From: Xanthobacteraceae bacterium
GTDB taxonomy: Bacteria; Pseudomonadota; Alphaproteobacteria; Rhizobiales; Xanthobacteraceae
Length of the DNA stretch: 64,000 nt
Assembly: GCA_041397405.1 (NCBI GenBank)
Contig: JAWKWS010000008.1
Span: 59,975-123,974 of the forward strand
Direction: 5' to 3'
In this document: in pieces, positions 28,184-38,189 of the stretch
How the letters are laid out: each line of letters begins with the position of its first letter
Position numbering within the stretch: the stretch's first letter is position 1
Made by a program: the position numbers and the translations under genes
The notes under the pieces: generated by a model
The model's input: the letters and a program-made list of their open reading frames with translations, nothing else
What the model was told of the DNA's origin: nothing
Database searches by the model: none

Positions 28184-31100
28184 ATGCCATCAGCTTCATC
28201 GCCGCTTCCGCCGTTCAGCGCGCCCTATGCGCCCGACGATGTCGGAATCGCGCAGGAACTGCTCGCGGCGGCGAAGTTGTCCCCCGCGCAGGAAGCGCGG
28301 ATCGACGAGGCGGCGCGACGGCTGATCGAGGCGATCCGCGCCCATGACGATGCGCTCGGCGGCGTCGAGGACATGCTGCGCGAATTCGCGCTCTCCACCC
28401 GTGAAGGGCTTGCGCTGATGGTGCTGGCCGAAGCTCTGCTGCGCGTGCCCGACGCGCGCACCGCCGACCAGTTCATCGAGGACAAGCTCGCGCAGGGCGA
28501 CTTCATCCATCACGAGACGAAGTCGAGCGCGTTCCTGGTCAACGCATCCGCCTGGGCGCTCGGCGTCTCCGCACGCGTGATCCAGCCGGGCGAAACCCCG
28601 CAAGGGACTCTCGGCCGCCTCACCAAGCGGCTCGGCGCGCCCGCGGTTCGCGCCGCCACGCGGCAGGCAATGCGGCTGATGGGCAACCACTTCGTGCTCG
28701 GCGAGACCATCGAGGCGGCGCTGGAACGGGCGCGACCGCACGCGGCGCACCCCGCGCGCTATTCCTTCGACATGCTCGGCGAAGGCGCGCGGACGGCGGA
28801 CGATGCGACGCGCTATTTCAATGCCTATGCGAGCGCGATCGAGGCCATTGGGCGTGCGGCCGGCACAAGCGCACTGCCCGACCGGCCCGGAATTTCGGTG
28901 AAGCTGTCGGCGCTGCATCCGCGCTTCGAAGCCGTGTCGCGTGCACGCGTCATGAACGAACTGGTGCCGAAGCTGATCGACCTTGCCCGGCGTGCGCAAG
29001 CCTTCGATCTCAATTTCACCGTCGATGCCGAGGAGGCAGACCGGCTCGAGCTGTCGCTCGACGTGATCGCCGCCGCGTTTGCCGAGCCGTCGCTCACCGG
29101 CTGGAACGGCTTCGGCCTTGCGATCCAGGCCTACCAGAAGCGCGCGGGCGAGGTGATCGACTATGTCAACGAAATCGCGCACCGGCGCGACCGCCGCATG
29201 ATGCTGCGGCTGGTGAAGGGCGCCTATTGGGACACCGAGATCAAACGCGCGCAGGAGCGCGGCCTCGACGGCTATCCGGTATTTACCCGCAAGGCGATGA
29301 CCGACCTGAACTACATCGCCTGCGCAAAAAAGCTGCTGGCACTGCGTCCGCGCATCTTCCCGCAATTTGCCACCCACAACGCGCTGACGGTCGCGACCAT
29401 CCTGGAGCTTGCAGGCGACGGCGGCTACGAGTTCCAGCGACTGCACGGCATGGGCGAAGCGCTCTACGCGCAATTGAGCAAGGATCGTCCCGAACTAGCC
29501 TGCCGCACCTATGCGCCGGTGGGCAGCCACCGCGATCTCCTCGCCTATCTGGTGCGGCGACTATTGGAGAACGGCGCCAATTCCTCCTTCGTGGCGCAGG
29601 CGGCGGACCAATCGGTGCCGGTCGAGACACTGCTGCAACGGCCGGCGAACATCATTGGCGCAGCGAACCGCGCCTGCCATCCCGATATCCCGCCGCCGGC
29701 CGACCTCTATCAGCCATTTCGACGCAATTCGCGCGGCATCGAATTCGGCGAGCGCGTGGCTCTCGACAGGCTGGTGGCCGAGATCGCGGCAGCACGCCCA
29801 TCAACCGCGACGATTGCGATGGCGACACTGGCCGAGGCCGAGGGAGCGGTTGCCGCTGCACGCACCGGATTCCGAAATTGGAGCAGCACTACCGCCACCC
29901 AACGCGCTGATATGCTGGAACGCGCCGCCGGGCTTCTCGAACGACGCAGAGCGCATTTTATTGCGCTGCTGCAGTCGGAGGGCGGCAGGACTCTCGACGA
30001 TGGCATCTCCGAGGTCCGCGAGACCATCGACTTCTGCCGCTATTACGCGGCACAGGGACGAAAGCTGTTTGGCGACGGCGAGGAGATGCCGGGACCGACC
30101 GGCGAAAGCAACACCCTGCGCCTGCGCGGCCGCGGCGTGTTCGTGGCGATCTCGCCGTGGAATTTTCCGCTGGCGATCTTCCTCGGCCAGGTGACGGCGG
30201 CGCTGATGGCGGGCAACGCCGTGGTGGCCAAGCCCGCCGAACAGACGCCGCGCATTGCCGCCGAAGCAGTGAAATTGCTGCTCGAGGCCGGCATACCGGA
30301 CATCGCGCTCCACCTCGTTCAAGGCGATGGCCGGATCGGCGCGGCGCTGGTCGCCCATCCCGATATCGCCGGCGTGGTCTTCACCGGCTCGACCGAGGTC
30401 GCGCACATCATCAACCGCACGCTGGCGGCCAAGGACGGCCCCATCGTCCCGCTGATTGCGGAGACCGGCGGCATCAATGCGATGATCGTCGATGCCACGG
30501 CATTGCCGGAGCAAGTCGCCGATGACGTCGTGACGTCGGCGTTCCGCTCCGCCGGCCAGCGCTGCTCGGCACTGCGGCTGCTGTTCATCCAGGAAGATGT
30601 CGCCGACCGCATGATCGAGACCATCGCCGGTGCCGCGCGCGAGCTGAAGCTCGGCGATCCCGCCGATCCGGCAACTCATGTGGGGCCGGTGATCGATGCC
30701 GAGGCGAAGCAGAAGCTGGATGCGCATATTGCGCGGATGAAGACGGAGGCGCGCGTGCATTTCGCAGGAACCGCCCCTGCAAGCAATTTCGTCGCGCCAC
30801 ATATTTTCGAACTGCGCGATGCCAGCCAGCTCACCGAAGAAGTGTTCGGGCCGATCCTGCATGTGGTGCGCTATCGCGCCGATGCGCCCGAAAGCGTATT
30901 GGCCGCGATCGAGCGCTCCGGCTACGGGCTAACGCTCGGCATCCATTCGCGCATCGACGACACGGTCGACGACATTGTCGCGCGGCTGCAGGTCGGCAAT
31001 ATCTACGTCAATCGCAACATGATCGGCGCCGTGGTCGGCGTGCAGCCGTTTGGCGGGTTCGGGCTGTCCGGCACCGGGCCGAAGGCCGGCGGACCGCACT

Positions 31101-31189
31101 ACCTGGCACGCTTCGCCACCGAACAGACGGTGACCGTCAATACGGCCGCCGCCGGCGGCAACGCCGCCTTGCTCACCGGCGGGGAGTAG
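28184..31189 (+). CDS. putA: bifunctional proline dehydrogenase / L-glutamate gamma-semialdehyde (P5C) dehydrogenase
   Basis: 1001 aa from ATG 28184 (GAGGAG RBS). It has a PRODH barrel then an ALDH domain (catalytic region AFRSAGQRCSALR). There is no N-terminal ribbon-helix-helix extension. Confidence 0.95.
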   Translation: MPSASSPLPPFSAPYAPDDVGIAQELLAAAKLSPAQEARIDEAARRLIEAIRAHDDALGGVEDMLREFALSTREGLALMVLAEALLRVPDARTADQFIEDKLAQGDFIHHETKSSAFLVNASAWALGVSARVIQPGETPQGTLGRLTKRLGAPAVRAATRQAMRLMGNHFVLGETIEAALERARPHAAHPARYSFDMLGEGARTADDATRYFNAYASAIEAIGRAAGTSALPDRPGISVKLSALHPRFEAVSRARVMNELVPKLIDLARRAQAFDLNFTVDAEEADRLELSLDVIAAAFAEPSLTGWNGFGLAIQAYQKRAGEVIDYVNEIAHRRDRRMMLRLVKGAYWDTEIKRAQERGLDGYPVFTRKAMTDLNYIACAKKLLALRPRIFPQFATHNALTVATILELAGDGGYEFQRLHGMGEALYAQLSKDRPELACRTYAPVGSHRDLLAYLVRRLLENGANSSFVAQAADQSVPVETLLQRPANIIGAANRACHPDIPPPADLYQPFRRNSRGIEFGERVALDRLVAEIAAARPSTATIAMATLAEAEGAVAAARTGFRNWSSTTATQRADMLERAAGLLERRRAHFIALLQSEGGRTLDDGISEVRETIDFCRYYAAQGRKLFGDGEEMPGPTGESNTLRLRGRGVFVAISPWNFPLAIFLGQVTAALMAGNAVVAKPAEQTPRIAAEAVKLLLEAGIPDIALHLVQGDGRIGAALVAHPDIAGVVFTGSTEVAHIINRTLAAKDGPIVPLIAETGGINAMIVDATALPEQVADDVVTSAFRSAGQRCSALRLLFIQEDVADRMIETIAGAARELKLGDPADPATHVGPVIDAEAKQKLDAHIARMKTEARVHFAGTAPASNFVAPHIFELRDASQLTEEVFGPILHVVRYRADAPESVLAAIERSGYGLTLGIHSRIDDTVDDIVARLQVGNIYVNRNMIGAVVGVQPFGGFGLSGTGPKAGGPHYLARFATEQTVTVNTAAAGGNAALLTGGE

Positions 31190-31325
31190 GCGCGCGATGC
31201 ATCGCCCCATGAGCGCGCCGGCCGTTGCATAGGCCGCCAACATGGGTCAAATGGCATTCGAGACAGGGGAGAAACGGCGGTTTTTGCCGGAAGAAACCTG
31301 CAAGCGCGATGGGAGCGACGCCAAC

Positions 31326-32534
31326 ATGGAAGAAAAGGGCATTTTCGAGGGGCTGAAGGTGATCGACTGCGCGAGCTTCATCGCAGCGCCTGCAGCCGCC
31401 ACTGTGCTGTCGGACTTCGGCGCCGACGTGATCAAGATCGAGCCACCGGGCGCAGGCGATCCCTACCGCAATCTCCCGAATCTTCCGGGCTACCCGAAAA
31501 CCGAGCACAATTTCGCCTGGCTGCTGGAGGCCCGCAACAAGCGCAGCCTGGCGCTCGACCTCTCGAAGCCCGAAGGCCAGACGGTGCTGCACAAGCTTGC
31601 CGCGGAGGCCGACATCTTCATCACCAACATGCCGCCGCAGGTGCGCGAGAAACTCGGCATCACCTACGATCATCTCGCGCCGACGAACGAGCGGCTGATC
31701 TACGCCTCCTTCACCGGCTACGGCGAGAAGGGTGAGGAAGCCAACAAGCCGGGCTTCGACAGCAATGCCTATTGGGCGCGCTCCGGCCTGATGGACCTCG
31801 TGCGCGCCGACGAGCACACCACGCCGGCACGCTCCGTCGCAGGCATGGGCGACCATCCCTGCGCTATGGCGTTCTACGGCGCGATCGTGACTGCGCTCTA
31901 CAAGCGAGAGCGCACCGGCAAGGGCTCGCAGGTTTCGTCCAACCTGATGGCGAACGGCGTGTGGGCGGCGTCCGTCCTTGTGCAAGCCAAGCTCGTCGGC
32001 GGAAAATTCCTGCCGCGGCGGTCCCGCGAGCAGGCGCTCAATGCGGTAACCAATCACTATCAGTGCAAGGACGAACGCTGGCTGATCCTGTCCCTGCTCA
32101 ACGAGGACCGGCAATGGCCGACACTCGCCAAATGCCTCGGCCGCGAAGACCTGATCGCCGATCCGCGTTTCGCCAACAAGAAGGATCGCCACGCCAACTC
32201 GCTCGAGCTGGTCAAGATTTTCGACGAGGTGTTTGCGACCAAGCCGCTCGCGGAATGGCGCAAGATTCTCGACGGCAACGGCCTGGTGTTCGGCGTGGTC
32301 GGCATCCTCGACGACATCCCCAACGACAAGCAGATGCTCGAGAACGAGGTGCTGGTGCCGTTCGAAAACGACACCATGCTGACCATCAACAGCCCGATCT
32401 GGGTCGACGGATCCAAGAAGGTGCAGCCACGCAAGCCGCCGGGAATCGGCGAGCACAGCGACGAGATCCTGCGCAGCGCCGGCTATGACGAGGCTGCGAT
32501 CAGGAAACTCAGGGACTCCGGCGCGGTGGCCTGA
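31326..32534 (+). CDS. family III (CaiB/BaiF) CoA-transferase
   Basis: 402 aa from ATG 31326. FEGLKVIDCASFIAAPAAATVLSDFGADVIKIEPPGAGD signature. Confidence 0.85.
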   Translation: MEEKGIFEGLKVIDCASFIAAPAAATVLSDFGADVIKIEPPGAGDPYRNLPNLPGYPKTEHNFAWLLEARNKRSLALDLSKPEGQTVLHKLAAEADIFITNMPPQVREKLGITYDHLAPTNERLIYASFTGYGEKGEEANKPGFDSNAYWARSGLMDLVRADEHTTPARSVAGMGDHPCAMAFYGAIVTALYKRERTGKGSQVSSNLMANGVWAASVLVQAKLVGGKFLPRRSREQALNAVTNHYQCKDERWLILSLLNEDRQWPTLAKCLGREDLIADPRFANKKDRHANSLELVKIFDEVFATKPLAEWRKILDGNGLVFGVVGILDDIPNDKQMLENEVLVPFENDTMLTINSPIWVDGSKKVQPRKPPGIGEHSDEILRSAGYDEAAIRKLRDSGAVA

Positions 32535-32604
32535 GGCACCACCGCACGATTCCGCCGGGGCATTTCGCACCGCGTGGCGGCACGTCCCGGAAGATGCCGT
32601 GTTT

Positions 32605-34158
32605 TTACCGCGCCTTGACGAAGCACATGCCCATGCGCGCGGCACCGGCGGTCTGGCACGTCAGTCCCTTCGCGCAGGTCCAACTGCGGAAACTCGCGTC
32701 ATTGGAAGCGCTGTGGCGCATGAACCGGTAGCAATGCGCGCCCCAGCCGTCGCTGTATTCGGTGCCGGCGAGTTCCGTCGCACCGCGCAATTGCGGCCGG
32801 CTGGCAAAGCCTTTCGAATAATCCGGCTGCCGGTCGTCCCGCAGTGCGGCCATGATATCGCGGCGGCGAGGCTGGTCGCCGAGAAAATGCGGCGACGCCG
32901 GCACCACGGCGGCATTGGACGGCTTGGCCGCCATCCAGTCGACGCCGGGAAAATGGAAACCGCCGATGCCGCGCGTCTGGTGGCAGCCCGCGCAGGTGAT
33001 GTCGTTGAGCCGCCGCTGGAACCCGCCGAAGGAACGGATGTTCTGCAACGGCGCACCGTTTGCCGCCGCTTTCCTGAGCGCCTCGACGACCTCGCTTTCG
33101 CCGAACACCGGATTGCTCCCCTCGCCCGCGCTGAGGCCGAATTCCGGCAGCAGTTTCGAGGAGAGAAAGCCGACTGGGGTCGGGGCAATGGCCGCCTTCG
33201 CCAGAAACTTCTCCGGGATGAGAACCGTACCCTGATCGAGTTCGGCGAGGTGTGCGGGATCGAGCAGCCACGCCTTGAAGTCGCTTGCCAGGGCGGCATC
33301 CGACAAGAGGCGCTCGCGGTCGATCTGGTTCTCCATCGGAGCTTCCGCAAAAACACGCGCTTGCGCGTCGTAGTGGAACACTTTCAGAAGATAGTCAGTG
33401 CGGAATTCACGCGTCGGCGATTTGGGCGCGTGGGCGATCTGCAGGTTGGTCTCGATGCGATCGATGTTCTCGGCCATGGCAAGATCGAGCGGACCATCCC
33501 TGGACTGCAGCCTTGCAGCCAGCTCGCGGCCCGTCTGGGTCAGATCCGACGTGGCGAGCCAGCGCTGCGCGACGACCGCGCAGGTGATCGGCTTGCCGTC
33601 GCGATCGACCGCCGGCACTCCCCTGGCGCGCAAGACGACATTCAGCGTCATCGGCAGCCGCGCCGGAGTTTCACTGCCTGCCGGAAGCCTGGTTCGGACG
33701 AGACGATAGATCAGACGGATCTCGCCGCAGCCGGCTGGCGCGACATAGGCGCGGTCCATGCGGCTGACGATGCCGGCGAGGACGAAGCGCGTATCGGCGG
33801 AGGCCAGCAGCGCGCGGTCGAACAGCCGGAAAGCAAAGGCCTCGCCGACGCCGATGCTCTCGTCGGGTAGTTCCGCGTTGTGCCGTTCGATGTAACGATC
33901 GAGTTCGGCGTCGATGGCAGCCTTGACGGAAGCCATCGCAGGCATCGCAAAGAGTTGCGCATTGTCGAGCGGGGTATCGGCCGAGCGCGCCGGCTGCAGG
34001 ATGCGGCCAAGACCGAACCGCCCACGGTCGAGTTCGCGCAAGGCCGCAGGGTGTGTGATTGCGGTTCCGCGCTCCAGCGGCCGGTCCGGCGCAGCGCGAA
34101 CCGGCGTGGCCATGACGATCAGGCAAAGGACGACGAACAAACGCGACGCGCGGCTCAT
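32605..34158 (-). CDS. secreted hypothetical protein with a single CxxCH motif
   Basis: 517 aa. Signal peptide MSRASRLFVVLCLIVMATPVRA, CAGCH at ITCAGCHQTRG, and a Cys-rich C-terminus. Confidence 0.65.
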   Translation of the reverse strand: MSRASRLFVVLCLIVMATPVRAAPDRPLERGTAITHPAALRELDRGRFGLGRILQPARSADTPLDNAQLFAMPAMASVKAAIDAELDRYIERHNAELPDESIGVGEAFAFRLFDRALLASADTRFVLAGIVSRMDRAYVAPAGCGEIRLIYRLVRTRLPAGSETPARLPMTLNVVLRARGVPAVDRDGKPITCAVVAQRWLATSDLTQTGRELAARLQSRDGPLDLAMAENIDRIETNLQIAHAPKSPTREFRTDYLLKVFHYDAQARVFAEAPMENQIDRERLLSDAALASDFKAWLLDPAHLAELDQGTVLIPEKFLAKAAIAPTPVGFLSSKLLPEFGLSAGEGSNPVFGESEVVEALRKAAANGAPLQNIRSFGGFQRRLNDITCAGCHQTRGIGGFHFPGVDWMAAKPSNAAVVPASPHFLGDQPRRRDIMAALRDDRQPDYSKGFASRPQLRGATELAGTEYSDGWGAHCYRFMRHSASNDASFRSWTCAKGLTCQTAGAARMGMCFVKAR

Positions 34159-34195
34159 GTGCCCACTAACACCGCGCGGACAGGGCTATTCAAGC

Positions 34196-34227
34196 AAAAA
34201 GGCGCCTCACATCGCGGTGAGGCGCCT
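34196..34227 (-). terminator. rho-independent terminator (AGGCGCCTCAC..GTGAGGCGCCT followed by T5 on the minus strand)
   Basis: 11-bp stem plus T-run, read from the sequence downstream of the 34250-35194 gene. Confidence 0.75.
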
Positions 34228-34249
34228 TGCGTTTCGCAAAACCTTGCCG

Positions 34250-35194
34250 TCAGCGGGCGACGATCAGCCCCTTGCTGGTGACAACCACCCAGCGGCCATC
34301 CTGCTTGCGGATGGCGTCGACGCGGCCGAGCCCGGGAATGGGATCGCCGGCGAAGACCTCGAACAACCCGCGGCGGCTTTCGATCAGCGCGCTGCCACGG
34401 CCGACTTCGCGCAACACCCAGCCGCTGACGGTCGGCAGTCGCCCGACCTCGGCCTTGGCCGTCACGGCCTGTGCCTGCGGCGCCGCGGCGGCGGACGGCG
34501 CAATCGACCCCGTGATGTCCTTTGCTACCGAGGTCGACGCAGGTGCGGCAGCCTGCGCCGCACGCAGCTTGCCGACCTCGTCCGAAAGCCTAGCCAGTTT
34601 TGCGGCAGGCTCGCCTTGCGCCTTCTCGACCTTCTCGAGGCGGTCGCTGGTCTTGTTGAACTGGGTGACGCCGAGCCTGGCGTTCTGCTCGACACTAGCT
34701 TTCAGCGCAAGGATATCGGCATCGATGCGCGCGACGGCGGCTTCAAGCCCGGCATTGTGGGCCACGGCAGTTCCACCGGCATTGCCTTGACCGAGACTGC
34801 CCGTTGCCAGCGCGCCGCCAATTGCGCCCGCCAGAGCCGCAAGCGCGACGACCGCAGCGATCGCCGGAATGCGGCGCCTGGGAGCTGCGTCCGCAGATGC
34901 CTGCGCACCACCGCGCCACATGCGGTCGCCCGGCGACATGATCATGATATTGGCGGACGGGCGGGCCGTTTCTGCCTTGTCCTCCGCCTGCGCTTCCACT
35001 TTCGGTGTCGCCTCGATCCTGGGCGCCTGCTTCGGCTCGACCGGATCCGGCTTCGGCGAGGTCAACTCCTGGTCAGGCGCAATCGCCGGAGACTCCGCCA
35101 TGACATGCTCGGCGGAGAATCCGACCGCGGCGTCGGATGCAGCATTCACAGAACCGGCTTCAGCGCTGGCAGGCTGGGGCTGTTGTTCGCTCAC
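34250..35194 (-). CDS. membrane-anchored hypothetical protein (314 aa)
   Basis: GTG start with GGGAGA upstream. It has an acidic/Pro-rich N-terminus, one TM helix (IPAIAAVVALAALAGAIGGAL), a coiled-coil-like middle part and a conserved-looking C-terminal SH3-like end (GWVLREV..GDPIPGLGRVDAIRKQDGRWVVVTSKGLI). Confidence 0.65.
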   Translation of the reverse strand: MSEQQPQPASAEAGSVNAASDAAVGFSAEHVMAESPAIAPDQELTSPKPDPVEPKQAPRIEATPKVEAQAEDKAETARPSANIMIMSPGDRMWRGGAQASADAAPRRRIPAIAAVVALAALAGAIGGALATGSLGQGNAGGTAVAHNAGLEAAVARIDADILALKASVEQNARLGVTQFNKTSDRLEKVEKAQGEPAAKLARLSDEVGKLRAAQAAAPASTSVAKDITGSIAPSAAAAPQAQAVTAKAEVGRLPTVSGWVLREVGRGSALIESRRGLFEVFAGDPIPGLGRVDAIRKQDGRWVVVTSKGLIVAR

Positions 35195-35457
35195 GGCAAA
35201 ATCTCCCGAATGAATTGACCATTTGGTAACTTTCAGTGGTTGCCAATTCCTTACCTGCCCCGGCGGTTACCAAAATTTTAGGAACTCCCGCGGGGCCGAT
35301 CTTGGCCGGCAGGCCGGACAGACGATGGCCGGTCCCCGCGCCCCGCCATGCTGCCGTGCAGCACGCTCCCGTCCGCGATCGATTCCAGCTCGTTTGACAA
35401 AACCGCCCGCGGCCTGTTCAACGACAGCAACAAGCCTGCGCAACGAAGGGGAGAGAC

Positions 35458-36072
35458 ATGAAGCTGTACGACTCGATCGGTCCCAATCCGCACATCGTCC
35501 GCATGTTCATGGCGGAAAAGGGCATCGACATCCCGAAGCAGACGGTGGACCTGCGCAAGGGCGAGAACCGCGAGGCCGAGCACTTGAAGCGCAATCCGCA
35601 CGGGCAGATGCCGACGCTGGAGCTCGACGATGGCAGCTATCTTTCCGAGATCACCGCGATCTGCGAATATCTGGAAGAGAAGAAGCCCTCGCCGCCGCTG
35701 ATCGGCGCGACACCGGAAGAGCGCGCCGAGTGTCGGATGTGGACGCGCCGTGTCGATCTCAACATCTGCGAGCCGCTTGCCAATGGCTACCGCTACGGCG
35801 AGGCGGCGAAGTTCTTCGAGAAGCGGATTCCGGTGGCGCCGGAAGCTTCGCCCGGATTGAAGATGGTGGCGCAGAACCGGTTGAAGTGGCTGAACGACCA
35901 GATGGCCGACGGGCGCGAATATCTGTGCGGCAAGCGTTTCACGCTGGCCGACATCCTGCTGTATGGCTGGCTCGCTTTCGGCAACCAGGTCGGCCAGCCG
36001 CTCGACCGCAGCAATGCGCATGTCGCCGCGTGGTTCGACCGCATGGCGCAACGGCCGTCAGCGAAGGCGTAA
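35458..36072 (+). CDS. glutathione S-transferase
   Basis: 204 aa with a thioredoxin-like N-domain (KRNPHGQMPTLELDDG..LSEITAICEYL) and a helical C-domain. Confidence 0.85.
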   Translation: MKLYDSIGPNPHIVRMFMAEKGIDIPKQTVDLRKGENREAEHLKRNPHGQMPTLELDDGSYLSEITAICEYLEEKKPSPPLIGATPEERAECRMWTRRVDLNICEPLANGYRYGEAAKFFEKRIPVAPEASPGLKMVAQNRLKWLNDQMADGREYLCGKRFTLADILLYGWLAFGNQVGQPLDRSNAHVAAWFDRMAQRPSAKA

Positions 36073-36135
36073 AGTTCGGCCTCGCGGCTCGAGACGGCGC
36101 GGCTTCGCCGTGATTTTCGAAGCCGCGATGCCGCG

Positions 36136-37050
36136 TCAGGCGCCCCGCTTCTTTCCCTTGGCAAAGCGCTTCGTCAGGAATTCCGCCAACGCCTCGACGC
36201 GCGCGGGGCGCGGGCCGCCGGGCGGCGTCACCAGATGCACTGCCCCTTCCGGCTGCTTCCAGCCCTTGAGGATCACCTCGACCTCGCCTGAGCGGATGGC
36301 GTCGCCGACGATAAACTCCGGAAGATCGGCGATGCCGAGGCCGGCAAGCAAGGCGGGCATGACGGCTTCGCCATTGTTGACACGCAATTGCCCGGCAGGA
36401 CGGACGCTCACCTGTTCGCCGGCCGCATTGGTGTAGTGCCAGACGCCGGGGGTCGAGAGATAGGCGTAGCCGAAGCATTTGTGCTTGGCGAGATGCATGG
36501 GATGCGTCGGCCGCCCGTGGCGCTTCAGATAGGACGGCGCCGCGACCGTGTAGCGCGGCATGTCGCAGAGCCGCCGCGCAATCAGCGAAGAATCCGGCAG
36601 GCGCGCGATGCGAAGGCCTGCATCGAAGCCCTCGCCGATGAGATCGACGGTCGCATCGCTCAGATGAAGGTCGATCGAGACTTCCGGATATTGCGCCAGG
36701 AATTCCGGCAGCAGCGGCGCGATCGTCTTGATGCCGAAGGTCATGGGCACGGCGAGTCGAACCAGCCCGCGCGGCGTCGCCGATTGCGCGAGCGCTTCGC
36801 TCTCCGTCGCCTCGCCGTCGGCGAGCAGCCGCGCCGCACGCTCCGCCAGCTTGTGTCCGGCATCGGTCAGCGCCAGGCGGCGCGAGGTACGGTTGAACAA
36901 CCGCGCACCTAGCCGCTCCTCCAGCCGGCTCACCGCCTTCGACACAGTCGCCTTGGACAGGGCCAGTTCGCTGGAGGCCGCCGCAAAGGAGCGCAATTCC
37001 ACGACCTTGGCAAAAATCGCCAGCCCTTCGAAATCCGGGAGTCTTGCCAT
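36136..37050 (-). CDS. LysR family transcriptional regulator
   Basis: N-terminal wHTH (FAKVVELRSFAAASSELALSKATVSKAVSRLEERLG). I prefer ATG 37050 over the upstream TTG 37065 used by the ORF track. Confidence 0.9.
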   Translation of the reverse strand: MARLPDFEGLAIFAKVVELRSFAAASSELALSKATVSKAVSRLEERLGARLFNRTSRRLALTDAGHKLAERAARLLADGEATESEALAQSATPRGLVRLAVPMTFGIKTIAPLLPEFLAQYPEVSIDLHLSDATVDLIGEGFDAGLRIARLPDSSLIARRLCDMPRYTVAAPSYLKRHGRPTHPMHLAKHKCFGYAYLSTPGVWHYTNAAGEQVSVRPAGQLRVNNGEAVMPALLAGLGIADLPEFIVGDAIRSGEVEVILKGWKQPEGAVHLVTPPGGPRPARVEALAEFLTKRFAKGKKRGA

Positions 37051-37086
37051 TCGGCCATCACTCAATTGTGGAAACGATGAATTTCA

Positions 37087-37103
37087 ATAGTTTCTATTTC
37101 TAT
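37087..37103. promoter_or_regulatory. candidate LysR-type box ATAG-N9-CTAT in the divergent LysR/pirin spacer
   Basis: Interrupted dyad read from the sequence. Its position is typical for LTTR autoregulation and target activation. Confidence 0.35.
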
Positions 37104-37159
37104 ATCACGGCGGAGGGCATATCCAGGGACCATCGAAATTGAAGCGATGGAGAGCCTCA

Positions 37160-37861
37160 ATGATCCAATTGAAACCCTTCGCGACGCTTGGCGGCGCCGA
37201 TCACGGCTGGCTGAAGGCCAAACATCACTTTTCGTTCGCGAGCTACCACGACCCCGCCAATATGGGGCACGGCGCGCTGCGGGTGTGGAACGACGACGAG
37301 ATCGCGCCGAATACCGGCTTCCCTGCCCACCCCCATGCCAACATGGAGATCATCACCTATGTGCGTGAAGGCGCCATCACGCATCAGGACAGCCTTGGCA
37401 ACAAGGGCCGAACGGAAGCGGGCGATGTGCAGGTGATGAGCGCAGGCAGCGGCATCCGCCATTCCGAGTACAATCTGGAGCCTGCCGAGACCCGGATATT
37501 CCAGATCTGGATCGAACCCAATACGCATGGCGGCCAACCGACCTGGGGCGCCAAGCCCTTTCCGAAAGCGAACCGCGCCAATGGCAAACTCGTCATCATC
37601 GCCAGCGGCTTTCCCGGCGACGCGGATGCGCTGCCTATCCGCGCCGATGCGCGGGTGCTCGCCACCACGCTCAAGGCCGGCGAAAGCACGGAGTACGCAC
37701 CGGACAAGGCGCGCCATCTCTATCTGGTGCCGGCGGCAGGCAGCGTCGAGGTGAACGGTGTGCGCGTCAATGCACGCGACGGTGCCGCGATCATCGACGA
37801 GACCAGCCTGAAGATCACGGCGCTGGAAGATTCCGAGCTGGTGCTGGTCGACGCCGCGTAG
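37160..37861 (+). CDS. pirin family protein
   Basis: 233 aa from ATG 37160. Cupin metal motif FPAHPHANMEIITYV and SAGSGIRHSE. Confidence 0.9.
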   Translation: MIQLKPFATLGGADHGWLKAKHHFSFASYHDPANMGHGALRVWNDDEIAPNTGFPAHPHANMEIITYVREGAITHQDSLGNKGRTEAGDVQVMSAGSGIRHSEYNLEPAETRIFQIWIEPNTHGGQPTWGAKPFPKANRANGKLVIIASGFPGDADALPIRADARVLATTLKAGESTEYAPDKARHLYLVPAAGSVEVNGVRVNARDGAAIIDETSLKITALEDSELVLVDAA

Positions 37862-38189
37862 GCCTCGATCAACCACACGTGATCGCCATTCCCGCCGACG
37901 GGACGCATGGCAGACAGGACAGGGGCGGCATTCTCAAATGTCGATGCCGCCCCATCTGTTGTGATGGGGACGAAGGATTCTGACCATGATTGAGCTTCTC
38001 TTTATCGCGCAGACATTTCGCAAGCCGATCGAGGTGCTCACGCGCCGCTGGTATTGCCGCAGCCTGTATCGCGCCACGCGCGGCGCAAGGGAATGCAAGG
38101 GGTGCACGGCTTCGTGAAGGGCACGCAGGACGCGACGCCGGATTGCGCTTGAGCCTGCGGCGCAGCCTCGCGCTCTTCACTTCAGGATT

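Noticed and set aside
37869-38180. 103-aa minus-strand ORF between the pirin and Hint genes
   Set aside because: It is Arg/Pro/Ala-rich with no RBS and no recognisable family. It is more likely a non-coding spacer.
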